A stretch of DNA of 62,552 bases, the filler included, from Deltaproteobacteria bacterium (GTDB lineage Bacteria; JAUYMQ01), in the NCBI GenBank assembly GCA_030698575.1. It is 10 parts of 10 records of this genome, joined end to end, with 100 filler letters (N's around TTAATTAATTAA, not from the genome) between each part and the next. Parts side by side here need not be neighbours in the genome. Positions count along the whole stretch, not along the records: positions 1 to 12,379 come from JAUYMQ010000612.1; positions 12,480 to 17,601 come from JAUYMQ010000639.1; 8 more parts are not named here. One strand, 5' to 3'. Made by a program: the position numbers and the translations under genes. Shown piece after piece: positions 7,677-16,636 of the stretch (positions are counted from its first letter, which is position 1; every line of letters begins with the position of its first letter). The notes beneath the pieces are model-generated. The model worked only from the letters and a program-made list of their open reading frames with translations, was not told the origin of the DNA and ran no database searches.

Positions 7677-9482
7677 ATGACAATCGCAGTCAGGGGCACT
7701 CCGCAGACAGGGGCAGGCACCAACGGCGGGGACATAACCCTTACCTTCACCACAGGGGCGGGGGCGCCGGTAGAGGGGGATGTAGTTGTTGTTTTCGGTG
7801 GTCACGGTGTCACGGTAACGACGCTTGCGGCTCCGGGGTCGGGATACACTCAGATAGGCATTCACACCGGGTCCGCCCCCATCTTCGGGGCGTGGTACAA
7901 AGTTATGACGGCCACGCCGGACCTGAGCGTGGTGTGCAGTGGTGGCGGCAATGCAAGTGATGGCGTCGCGTACTGCTGCTGGGTATTTAGTGGGGTGAAC
8001 GCCGCTGTCCTGGACCAGACCACGGTAACCGCCGGACCGACCGCGAGCACGAATCCGGACTGCGCCTCTATCACCACCGTAACCGCGAACGCTTGGGTGC
8101 TCGCGATGGCCGGGAGCGCCGTCAACGACGCCGCAATAACAGGACCGACAGGTTATGCGAATACAATCGACGACAACGGCAATGATGCCGCCGATATTAC
8201 CGCTGGCGGGGGCACGTTAGCCGTAGTTTCCCCCGGGGCTACCGACCCTGCCAGTTGGACGGCATGGGCATCCGGTACATGGTACGGGATTACTGCAGCG
8301 CTTAAACCCGCGGTATCGACGGCGTACACGCAGGATCTCGGTACCTGCGCGCTGTCTTTTATAGGTGTGCAAGCCAAGTCGACCAGTCGGGCGGTAACCG
8401 GTGCGCTCTCGTTCATCGGCGCGCAGACCAAGAATACAAGCAGGGTGTTAGCGGGAGCGCTGTCCTTCATCGGCGACGCTGCGAAGGCAACGAGCAGGGC
8501 GCTGACCGGGGCACTCTCCTTTGTCGGCAACCTAGCAGCCTCTAAGCTGGTTTATCAGGCACTCGAGGGGGTGCTGAGTTTCATCTCCACGAGCACGACC
8601 TGGGACGCGTTTACGTGGGACGCGTTCACCTGGGACGCTGATACCGTCACCAAGCAGGTCAATAAGGTAACGTCTGGTACGTTGTCTTTTGTTGGTGAGC
8701 AGATCAAGTCGATCACCCGAGCGCTGACGGGTACTCTGTCGTTCATCGGCGCCACGGCGAAGGGGACGAGCAGGGCCGTCACCGGAACGCTCTCGTTTGT
8801 CGGATCGATGCTTCGAGCATTCCCGAAGGTGCTCACCGGGGGGCTGTCTTTTATAGGTGTGCAAGCCAAGTCGACCAGTCGGGCGGTAACCGGTGCGCTC
8901 TCGTTCATCGGCGCGCAGACCAAGTCGATCACCCGAGCGCTGACGGGTACTCTGTCGTTCATCGGCGCGATGCTACGAGCTTTCCCCAAGGCATTCACCG
9001 GGGCGCTCTCTTTCATTGGCACGAGTACCCGGCGTGCCAGCAGGGGTCTCACAGGCGTTGTGTCGTTCATCGGGTCCACTCCCTTGCGGGTGGTGGCCCG
9101 CGCGCTCGCAGGAGCTGTGAGCTTCGTCGGCGCGAACACCAGGCGCACCAGCAAAGTCCTCGCGGGCGCTCTCTCGTTCGTCGGACAGGTGATCAAGCGG
9201 ACGGCCAGGAGCACGACCGGCGCGCTCTCCTTCGTTGGCAACGCGGTAAAGACATCAGCAAAAGCATTCACCGCGGCCTTATCGTTCGCAGGGACGTTCT
9301 CTAAGCAAGCAGGTAAGGCGTTGGCTGGTGCACTCTCCTTCGTTGGGTCGAAGGTAGCGGGGACGTCTAAGGCCCTCATCGCGAGCCTGAACTTCATTGG
9401 CCTCCTGGAATCTGTCGGTTCCGAGGTCGCCAGTACGGTGGTCAGCATTCTGGTCTGGGCCCGCCGTATGGGCCGTAGATAA
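7677..9482 (+). CDS. Virion/fibre-like protein with N-terminal beta domain and about 18 tandem ~18-aa K(S/T)xxRAxTGALSFIG repeats
   Basis: Repeat visible in translation from residue ~220 to the end. Confidence 0.75.
   Translation: MTIAVRGTPQTGAGTNGGDITLTFTTGAGAPVEGDVVVVFGGHGVTVTTLAAPGSGYTQIGIHTGSAPIFGAWYKVMTATPDLSVVCSGGGNASDGVAYCCWVFSGVNAAVLDQTTVTAGPTASTNPDCASITTVTANAWVLAMAGSAVNDAAITGPTGYANTIDDNGNDAADITAGGGTLAVVSPGATDPASWTAWASGTWYGITAALKPAVSTAYTQDLGTCALSFIGVQAKSTSRAVTGALSFIGAQTKNTSRVLAGALSFIGDAAKATSRALTGALSFVGNLAASKLVYQALEGVLSFISTSTTWDAFTWDAFTWDADTVTKQVNKVTSGTLSFVGEQIKSITRALTGTLSFIGATAKGTSRAVTGTLSFVGSMLRAFPKVLTGGLSFIGVQAKSTSRAVTGALSFIGAQTKSITRALTGTLSFIGAMLRAFPKAFTGALSFIGTSTRRASRGLTGVVSFIGSTPLRVVARALAGAVSFVGANTRRTSKVLAGALSFVGQVIKRTARSTTGALSFVGNAVKTSAKAFTAALSFAGTFSKQAGKALAGALSFVGSKVAGTSKALIASLNFIGLLESVGSEVASTVVSILVWARRMGRR
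8843..8968 (+). repeat. Exact intragenic duplications
   Basis: 8843-8924 identical to 8351-8432 (82 bp); 8921-8968 identical to 8705-8752 (48 bp). Confidence 0.9.
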
Positions 9483-9537
9483 ATACCCCAGGCCCAGCCT
9501 GGTTTTCAGCAGCTAAACATCCAGAGGAGCAGTAGAC

Positions 9538-9987
9538 ATGAGCGGATTCAGATCAACGGTAAGCCCCCCGAACGTCCGCCGGATCGCGCCCTCTGACGCG
9601 TGGCTTACGGACCCCACCACAGGCTCGCCGATCGGCGTCGTCAATCAGAACGCGAACGGCAAGCACGGGCAGTTCTATCCCGTTCCCCTGACCGCCGCGC
9701 AGATCGCGGCGCCGACGGACGAGATGCTTGACGATACCGACGTCACGTACGCCCTCAACGTCGCCCCGTTCACGCGATATATGAGCGATGGGACGTCGTT
9801 CACTCAGCAGCAGACCGCGGGGAGCACCTTCGGTATCGCGTCTAGCCAGTCGACGATTCCGGCAGGGAGTCCGCTGGTCACTATCGATCAGTACTCTCAG
9901 GCCGTTGTCTATGCCCCACTCACCGTGGAGAGTACCGCCGGCCTCGAGGTACAGGGGGAGCTCCGGGTCTATACCTGGCCCGCGTAA
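9538..9987 (+). CDS. Phage hypothetical protein
   Basis: GAGGAG RBS, co-directional. Confidence 0.7.
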   Translation: MSGFRSTVSPPNVRRIAPSDAWLTDPTTGSPIGVVNQNANGKHGQFYPVPLTAAQIAAPTDEMLDDTDVTYALNVAPFTRYMSDGTSFTQQQTAGSTFGIASSQSTIPAGSPLVTIDQYSQAVVYAPLTVESTAGLEVQGELRVYTWPA

Positions 9988-10011
9988 CGAACTCGCAGTA
10001 GATGTGCAAGC

Positions 10012-10066
10012 AGGGCCGCTAACCGCGGCCCTTTTCATTTGAGGGGCCGCTATCCGCGGCCCTTTT
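10012..10066 (+). terminator. Two tandem intrinsic-terminator hairpins
   Basis: GGGCCGC-TAACC-GCGGCCC-TTTT then GGGCCGC-TATCC-GCGGCCC-TTTT. Confidence 0.65.
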
Positions 10067-10085
10067 CAATTCTAGGAGATTCAAA

Positions 10086-11693
10086 ATGGCCTCAACCCCA
10101 GCAACCATCATCACAGCGAACGCCGTCAAAGGTCAGCCCGGTTCGGGCGACGCCGGTGGCGCACTCGAACTCGTCGGCGGTCTCGGTGGCACCTCTAGCG
10201 AAGGCGGCGTAGCCTCCCTCACAGGGGGCGCGGGTACCGCGGCCGCGGGAGCGCGTGCGGACGTTATCGGCGGCGCCGGCGGGACAGGCGACTCAGCCGG
10301 CGGCGCGGTCAACGCGACCGGCGGCGCGGGCGGGGCCACGAACGGGGTAGGTGGCGTTGCCACCATCAAGGGCGGCGCGGGTAACGGTTCAGGCGCCGGT
10401 GCGGCGGTTGTTGCTGTCGGCGGTGTCGGCGGCGCGACGGGCGCGGGCGGCGCGGCCAGCCTCAAAGGCGGAGCGGGCGGCGGGACCTCTGGTTCCGGTG
10501 GCGCGGCCACCCTCCAAGGTGGAGCGGGCGGCGCGGCGACAGTGGTCGGCGGGATTACCTACGTCACCGGCGGAACCTCGCTGACGAGCGGCACGGGCGC
10601 GGCGGTAACGATCACCGGTGGCGCCACGGGGACCACTGGTAGCGGCGGACCGGTCAATATCACGGGTGCCGTCAGCGGTACGACGGGTGCAGTAAACGGC
10701 GGCGCGGTCACGATCGCGGGCGGTGCAGCGGGCGCAGGTAGCACGGGCGCGGGCGGCGCGGTCTCACTGATCGGTGGCGCGAGTGGCAGCGGCGCAACGG
10801 GCGCGGGCGGTGCGGCGACCCTCAAGGGTGGCGCGAGCGGCTCGACCAACGACGTGGGCGGCGTACTGACCCTTGCCGGCGGTGCGGGCACGGGCACGGG
10901 CGCAGGCGCTGCGATCAATATGACCGGCGGTGTCGGCGGAGCGACCTCGGGCGCAGGTGGCGCGGTAGCTGTCGCTGGCGGCGCGGGCGGAACAAGCAAC
11001 GGTGCCGGTGGTGCGGTTTCAAGCACCGGTGGTGCGGCTACTGGCGGGAACAACGCCGGCGGCGCGGCGAGTTTGATTGGCGGCCTGGGTACAGGTAGTG
11101 CCGCGGGCGGTGCGATCACCATCACCTCCGGTGCGGCGGGTGCAACCGGCGTCGCGGGAGCGGTTGACATCGCGGTCGGTGCAGCTACAGCAGGCGCAGG
11201 CTCTACCGCGACCATTTCTGGTGGCGCGGGCGCTGGCGGCACGGCAGCGGGCGGTAATGTCGATCTTATCCCTGGTGCGGCGGTCTCTACCGGCGTCCCG
11301 GGCGAGGTCATGGTCAATAGCGTCGCGGGCATCTTCTGCGTGAGCTACATCCAGGGTATCGCTGGAGAGGCCACCGCGGACCAGACCTTCTTCGTGGCCC
11401 CGCGTGATTGCCGTATCCAAGCAATCTCGCAGGTGCACTCGGTAGCACAGGGTGCGGCGGCGACGTGTGTGATCTCGAAAGAGACGACCACTGGCGCACC
11501 TGGCGCGGGTACCGATGTCATGTCGAACACCTTCAACCTCAACGCGACGGCGAACACGGTTCAGACGGGCACGCTGTCCGGTACCGTTGCCACGATAACC
11601 TTGGCCGCTGGCGACCGTTTGTCGGTCGACTTCAGTACCACGGTTGGCTCGCTGGCGGGTAACGTCATCACGGTTCTCCTGAACCCGGTCTAA
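10086..11693 (+). CDS. Glycine-rich repeat virion/fibre protein with C-terminal globular domain
   Basis: AGGAG RBS; ~400 aa of GGAVxITGGAGGxxxGxG-like repeats then ~125-aa beta domain. Confidence 0.8.
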   Translation: MASTPATIITANAVKGQPGSGDAGGALELVGGLGGTSSEGGVASLTGGAGTAAAGARADVIGGAGGTGDSAGGAVNATGGAGGATNGVGGVATIKGGAGNGSGAGAAVVAVGGVGGATGAGGAASLKGGAGGGTSGSGGAATLQGGAGGAATVVGGITYVTGGTSLTSGTGAAVTITGGATGTTGSGGPVNITGAVSGTTGAVNGGAVTIAGGAAGAGSTGAGGAVSLIGGASGSGATGAGGAATLKGGASGSTNDVGGVLTLAGGAGTGTGAGAAINMTGGVGGATSGAGGAVAVAGGAGGTSNGAGGAVSSTGGAATGGNNAGGAASLIGGLGTGSAAGGAITITSGAAGATGVAGAVDIAVGAATAGAGSTATISGGAGAGGTAAGGNVDLIPGAAVSTGVPGEVMVNSVAGIFCVSYIQGIAGEATADQTFFVAPRDCRIQAISQVHSVAQGAAATCVISKETTTGAPGAGTDVMSNTFNLNATANTVQTGTLSGTVATITLAAGDRLSVDFSTTVGSLAGNVITVLLNPV

Positions 11694-11709
11694 GAGCCGG
11701 TAGAGCCTG

Positions 11710-12379
11710 ATGTCGTTCGATCTCCCTGACGAGGTAGCAGCACTCCTGCAAGAGCACGAGGAGAAGGGCGCCCAGCGTTTGGCGGCCCTGACCCTCGCGC
11801 TCGTAACGAAACGGCAGGAGGCGATCAACGATCGCAAAGCGTCGGGCATCGAGGACATCTGGATGCGGGCCGAGGAGGCGTACCTCGGTATCGACGACAC
11901 GAACCGGGGCACGTTTGCGAAAGCCCGGTGGTCGAAGCCGACCACGATGAACGCCCCCCTGACTTCGGGGGCGGTCCTCGATGAAGTTGGCGACATAAGA
12001 TCTGACGCGTTTGTCCGCCTTACGAGCCGGTACGTCGACGCCGGCGCAGCGAAATTGGGAGAGATCCTTCTCCCGGCGGACGAGAAGGCGTTCTCGTTTA
12101 CCAATACCCCCGTCCCTGACCTGGTCAGAGCGCTCAAAGACAACAGCCAGGCGGTGGTCAACGGCGTGCCGCTGGAGCGCGACGCGCCCCCGCCCGCGCA
12201 AGGTATGCCAGGCATGCCCCCACCGGCAGCACAGGCCCAGCCCGGTGCTCCTGCTCCCGGTGTCCCGCTCACAGTCAAGGACCTCGCGCAGGAAGCGCTC
12301 GATTTCGCCGGTGAGGCAGCCAAGAAGGCAGAGAAGCGCATCAGCGATTGGATGGTGCAGTCGCGCTACCGGGCCGAAA
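11710..12379 (+). CDS. Probable portal protein, truncated by contig end
   Basis: N-terminal ...RKASGIEDIWMRAEEAYLG...FVRLTSRYVDAGAAKLGEILLP pattern like podoviral-type portals; position after terL block. Confidence 0.65.
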
Positions 12380-12479
12380 NNNNNNNNNNNNNNNNNNNNN
12401 NNNNNNNNNNNNNNNNNNNNNNNTTAATTAATTAANNNNNNNNNNNNNNNNNNNNNNNNNNNNNNNNNNNNNNNNNNNN
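12380..12479. other. Artificial contig linker (also 17602-17701, 21818-21917, 28045-28144, 31494-31593, 38186-38285, 44453-44552, 52403-52502, 58000-58099)
   Basis: 100-bp N runs with central TTAATTAATTAA all-frame stop. Confidence 0.99.
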
Positions 12480-13005
12480 CGCGCAGTTCCTGCACCAGCG
12501 ACTTGGTCATCGCATCCATTCCCGCTTTCTGCATCGTGTAGGGAACCTGACCTCGATTGCCGGTGTGGCCGACGACACTGCTGACGTTGATGATGCGCCC
12601 GCGGTTGGCCCTGAGCATGAACCTGCGGAGAATCAGCTTCGTGAGATACCAGGTGCCGCGTCCGATGGAGGCGACGGCGTCGAAGTCGTCAAGCTTCATG
12701 GTCGCGGTATCGCCGTTGCGATTCACGCCGGCGTTGTTCACGAGAATGTCCACGCGATCGGTCCGCTCCCGCAAGGCGCCCACGAGCCCGTCGATCTCGC
12801 CGGGCTCCGAGAGGTTGGCCTGGACCGGGAAGGCGCCTGGGAGCTCTTCGGCCAGCGCCCTGGCCGTCGCCTCGCTACTGTTGTAGTGGATGGCGACAAC
12901 GATATCCTGGGCGGCGAGCGCCCGGCAGCAAGCGGCTCCGATGCCCGTGCCGCCGCCGGTCACCAGCGCCACCTCTTGCTCCTTGCTCCCGGCCGCGTTC
13001 GACAC
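12480..13005 (-). CDS. fabG: 3-oxoacyl-ACP reductase-like SDR, truncated
   Basis: TGGGTGIG, NNAG, SSVVG...YTMQK catalytic YxxxK; fab context. Confidence 0.8.
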
Positions 13006-13011
13006 GGGTGG

Positions 13012-13608
13012 CTACCCCTCCTGCGCGGATCCGCGGCCCGCGCCCCGTTCGGGCGCGGGCTCGCCCGTCCACACGATGTCCTTGAAGATTCCCACCTTGG
13101 CGTCCTTCACGCTGCAGACGTGCCGGCCGTCGGCGAACACGTCTCCGTTTCCGATCGCCATGGCCGCGCCCGAACGTTCGAGGATCGTGAAGCGCCGAAC
13201 CGTAACCTCGTAGAGAATGACGCTGTCCGACGGGCGGACTTCGCTCTCGAAGAACACTTCCTTGCAGCCGAGCGCGCGCCCCGCGCCGATACCTCCGCTC
13301 CAGGCACAGAAGAAACCGATCATCTGCCACACCGCATCGACACTGAGGCAGCCGGGCTGCACGGGGTCATCCTTGAAATGGCAACGAAAGAAGATGTCGT
13401 CGGGATGATTGTCCCGTTCGGCGACAATGCGCCCGCGAGGCCCTTCACCCTTTATCTCCAAGATCCGGTCCAGCATCAGCATCGGAGGCAGCGGGAGCCG
13501 GCAGGCGAAGCCCTCGGGTCCATCGTTGAAGAGCGTGCCTTTCGCGAAGGCCATCAGCTCCTCACCCGTGAATGACGAGCGACGACGGAATTCTTCGTAG
13601 GGGATCAT
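13012..13608 (-). CDS. fabA: FabA-type 3-hydroxyacyl-ACP dehydratase/isomerase
   Basis: LPLPPMLMLDRI...FFRCHFKDDPVQPGCLSVDAVWQ...GRALG, FabA signature with His/Asp dyad. Confidence 0.85.
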   Translation of the reverse strand: MIPYEEFRRRSSFTGEELMAFAKGTLFNDGPEGFACRLPLPPMLMLDRILEIKGEGPRGRIVAERDNHPDDIFFRCHFKDDPVQPGCLSVDAVWQMIGFFCAWSGGIGAGRALGCKEVFFESEVRPSDSVILYEVTVRRFTILERSGAAMAIGNGDVFADGRHVCSVKDAKVGIFKDIVWTGEPAPERGAGRGSAQEG

Positions 13609-13611
13609 CAG

Positions 13612-14601
13612 TCAGATCTCGAATCGCAGGTTGGCGCTCGCCCACGTGAGCCCGGCGCCGACGCCCACCATCGTCACCTGGTCTCCGGCCTCGAAGGCCT
13701 GCCAGTGATCGCTCAGAACGGCCGGCGCGCCCGCCGTTCCGGTATTCCCAAAATCGGCGACATTCGAGAGGTGGAGCTCGTCTGGAATGTCGCACTGCCG
13801 GCAGACGCTCTCGAGCATGAGGCGGTTCGCCTGGTGCCCGATGAAGTACATGCGCCCGCCAGCCTCGCCGTCGAATTCCTTCCTGATTGCGCGGAGCTCG
13901 TTGACCGTTCGCTTGATGGCAAAGGACTGCACCGTAGCGCCCTCCTGGTCGAAGTGCCCCGCCCAGGGGATGACGACCTTGGCGTGCCCCCTGGGGCTCG
14001 ACCCGAGTGTGCAGTGCAGGAAGGTCGCCCGGCCCGGCACCGAGGCCGACACCACGGCCGCGGCGGCGCCGTCGCCGAAGAGAACGGCGGAGCGGCGATC
14101 GTTGTAGTCGATGACGCGCGTCAAGGACTCCATCTGCACGATGAGGACGTAGGGCGGCACTCTATCGGGTCGCATCTGAGAGAGAAGATGGACCGCGGCC
14201 GTGAAGCTCGTACATGCCGAGCGGAGATCGAAGGCCGGCGCGTCAATGTCCAGTGCCGCGGCCACATCGCAGCCCTCGGCCGGCGTCACGCGATCGGGCG
14301 CGCACCCCCCGCCGATGACGAGCCCTACTTCCGAAGGATCGATGCCGGCCCTGGCGATGGCCATCTCCCCGGCCCGCCGGCCCAATTCCGCGTTCGTGTA
14401 GGCGGCGGCCTCGGCCGCGGCACGAACGTCCTGGTTTCTCTTCTCGCGAATGTAATCGAGCGAAAGCACCGTGCGCCGGCTGCGGATTCCGGTTCGTTCC
14501 ATGATCCAGTCGTCGCTCGTGCCGATGTCGAGTTCACCGAGGAACTCGTTCGTGATCTCGTTCTCTGGATGAAAATGCCCGATGCCATGGAGATACAGCA
14601 T
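13612..14601 (-). CDS. fabH: 3-oxoacyl-ACP synthase III family
   Basis: WIMERTGI, SACTS, LFGDGA, HQAN, FGNT (Cys-His-Asn triad). Confidence 0.9.
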   Translation of the reverse strand: MLYLHGIGHFHPENEITNEFLGELDIGTSDDWIMERTGIRSRRTVLSLDYIREKRNQDVRAAAEAAAYTNAELGRRAGEMAIARAGIDPSEVGLVIGGGCAPDRVTPAEGCDVAAALDIDAPAFDLRSACTSFTAAVHLLSQMRPDRVPPYVLIVQMESLTRVIDYNDRRSAVLFGDGAAAAVVSASVPGRATFLHCTLGSSPRGHAKVVIPWAGHFDQEGATVQSFAIKRTVNELRAIRKEFDGEAGGRMYFIGHQANRLMLESVCRQCDIPDELHLSNVADFGNTGTAGAPAVLSDHWQAFEAGDQVTMVGVGAGLTWASANLRFEI

Positions 14602-15546
14602 CTACCGGCCTCCCCCGGAAATGTGCTCACCCCCGTCGACCCGCAGGATCGATCCATTGACCCATGCCGCCTCGTCCGTGCACATGAGGAAGATGAAGTT
14701 CGCGACGTCCTCGGTTCGGGTCAGGCGACCGAACGGGTTGCGAAGCCTGGCCTGCGCCTTCATTCCATCGATCCCAGGAATGAGCGAAGAGGCGGGCGTT
14801 TCGGTGATCCCCGCCTGGATGATATTGGAGCGGACGCCGTAGGGCGCCAGTTCAAGCGCCATGGATCGCGAGAGGGATTCCATGGCGACCTTGGCCGCGG
14901 CGACGGCCGCGTAGCCCCTCCAGGCGATCTCATTTCCCTCGCTTGTCAGTCCGAGCACCCGGCTGTCCGCGGCGAAAAGTCCCGCCGAAAGAAGGTCCTT
15001 AACCCAGCTCAGCACGCTGGTTCCCATGTTGTAGATCGTGGTCGCCAGATCTTCGTCGTCGATCGTGGCGGATCCGTAGTCGGCCGGACGGGCCAGCGCG
15101 TGCAGCTCGGGAAAACCCTCTTTGGCCAGGGTCTCGACAGTCCCGGCGATGGTGGCGGCGTCGACGCCCAGCTCTCCGGCCAGTCGTTCGAGCAGGACCT
15201 GGCGGTCGGTGTTGTCGAGTGGCTGCACCAGGGGTTTCAGGTTGCCGAATGCGATGGAGTGAAGCAGGAGCCTGATCCGTCCCGCCTCTCCGAACGTTTC
15301 TTTTATCGAGGCAATGACCCCGGCGCGGGACTCCGCCGCGAGAGCGTTGGTGTTGAATGTTACGAGCGGCACGCCTGTGGCGCGGATGCTTTCGAATTCC
15401 GGCGTGATGCGCTTCATGGCCCCCCGCCGGTCCCGATGAACGATGACGATGCCGAGCCCATGGGCGGCCAGCTTCTTGGCCGTCGCAAGGCCGAAGCCGC
15501 TCGATCCGCCCAATATCAATGCCCACTGATCGCTGGGAAATCTCAC
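14602..15546 (-). CDS. Enoyl-ACP reductase-like SDR (FabL/FabI type)
   Basis: LGGSSGFG Rossmann motif; Y-x6-K (YAAVAAAK); NPFGRL. Confidence 0.75.
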   Translation of the reverse strand: MRFPSDQWALILGGSSGFGLATAKKLAAHGLGIVIVHRDRRGAMKRITPEFESIRATGVPLVTFNTNALAAESRAGVIASIKETFGEAGRIRLLLHSIAFGNLKPLVQPLDNTDRQVLLERLAGELGVDAATIAGTVETLAKEGFPELHALARPADYGSATIDDEDLATTIYNMGTSVLSWVKDLLSAGLFAADSRVLGLTSEGNEIAWRGYAAVAAAKVAMESLSRSMALELAPYGVRSNIIQAGITETPASSLIPGIDGMKAQARLRNPFGRLTRTEDVANFIFLMCTDEAAWVNGSILRVDGGEHISGGGR

Positions 15547-16493
15547 TGGCCACCCACTTCGCCGAGCGCTCTTCTTGCCGATGCCAGACTCGTGATCGAA
15601 AGCACATTCACGTCCAGGGTCTTGAAGAACGCGCGCAGCGGGCGCCCCGGACCGACTTCGATCACACGCGAGGCATGCTCGGAGAGATGCTCCATGTTGT
15701 CGCGCCAGCGCACCGTGCCGCTTATCTGGCGGGTAAGTGCCTGGATGACGGCGTCGGGCTCGGATTCATGGAACCTGCCGGAGTAATTCGAGGTGACCAT
15801 GGCGGCGACGCCGTCGTCCAGGCACGTCACCGTTTCGCGCAGGATCTTTTCAAAAGCGGGTTCGATGATCGCCATCAAGGGCGAATGGAAAGGCGCGCTG
15901 ACTTCGAGCGGCACGAAACGTGCGCCGGAGGTGCCGACAACCTCGCCGACCCTGGCCAGCGCCGCCTCCATCTCGTCCGACGGGCCCGAGACCACGACCT
16001 GGCTGATTGAATTGTCGTTGGCGAGGGCAACTTGCAGCCCCTCGAGAGCGGCCTCGATCAATCCGGCGTCGAGCTTTTCGCTGATCACGGCCACCATGCT
16101 TCCGTGCCCCACCGGCACGGCGGCCTGCATCAATCGCCCGCGCTCTTTCACCATTCGGACCGCTTCCTTCATTCCGAGCGCGCCGGCCGCCACCAGCGCC
16201 GCGTACTCGCCGAGGCTGTGCCCCCCGTAGCAGGAAGCCTCCAGTCCGAATTCCTCCTGCAGGGCGCGCAGCATGGCGATCTCCGTCGTCAGGATGGCCG
16301 GCTGGGCGTACTCGGTGAGCATCAGCCGATCGTCCCCTTCGAAGCACAGCGCCGCCATGTCGATGCCCAGGGCCTCCGAGGCTTCCTGGTAGACCATCCG
16401 TGCGATTGGACAGGAGTCGTGGAAGTCCCGCCCCATACCGTGCCGTTGGGCACCTTGACCGGGAAAAACAATGGCAGTAGAAGAATCCGACAT
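15543..16493 (-). CDS. fabD: Malonyl-CoA:ACP transacylase
   Basis: FPGQGAQ, GHSLGEY, SAPFHS, EVGPG; ATG 16493 after GGAGG. Confidence 0.93.
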   Translation of the reverse strand: MSDSSTAIVFPGQGAQRHGMGRDFHDSCPIARMVYQEASEALGIDMAALCFEGDDRLMLTEYAQPAILTTEIAMLRALQEEFGLEASCYGGHSLGEYAALVAAGALGMKEAVRMVKERGRLMQAAVPVGHGSMVAVISEKLDAGLIEAALEGLQVALANDNSISQVVVSGPSDEMEAALARVGEVVGTSGARFVPLEVSAPFHSPLMAIIEPAFEKILRETVTCLDDGVAAMVTSNYSGRFHESEPDAVIQALTRQISGTVRWRDNMEHLSEHASRVIEVGPGRPLRAFFKTLDVNVLSITSLASARRALGEVGGQ

Positions 16494-16527
16494 TGGCCTC
16501 CAGGGGGAGGAAAATATTCGAGTTGGC

Positions 16528-16556
16528 ATGATGACGGGCAATATGACCGCTGTCAA
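16528..16556 (-). promoter_or_regulatory. Sigma70 promoter of fab operon with overlapping palindromic operator
   Basis: TTGACA (16556-16551), 17 bp, CATCAT; TGAC-CGCT-GTCA palindrome at 16544-16555. Confidence 0.55.
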
Positions 16557-16619
16557 TATTACGAACCGAGATTCATGACAAATTCGCATATTTTTCTATG
16601 AAGTAGCACTTTATCCCGC

Positions 16620-16633
16620 TAGACTAGAGTCTA
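16620..16633. promoter_or_regulatory. Palindromic operator before tetR
   Basis: TAGACT-AG-AGTCTA, 3 nt before the ATG. Confidence 0.55.
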
Positions 16634-16636
16634 TAA

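Noticed and set aside
8351..8968. Possible DGR template/variable repeat pair
   Set aside because: Copies are identical with no adenine-specific mismatches, both are intragenic, and no reverse transcriptase is present
13705..15786. Long antisense ORFs (also 32452-34233, 42111-43580, 29269-30630, 8555-9448)
   Set aside because: Shadows of well-supported genes in high-GC DNA
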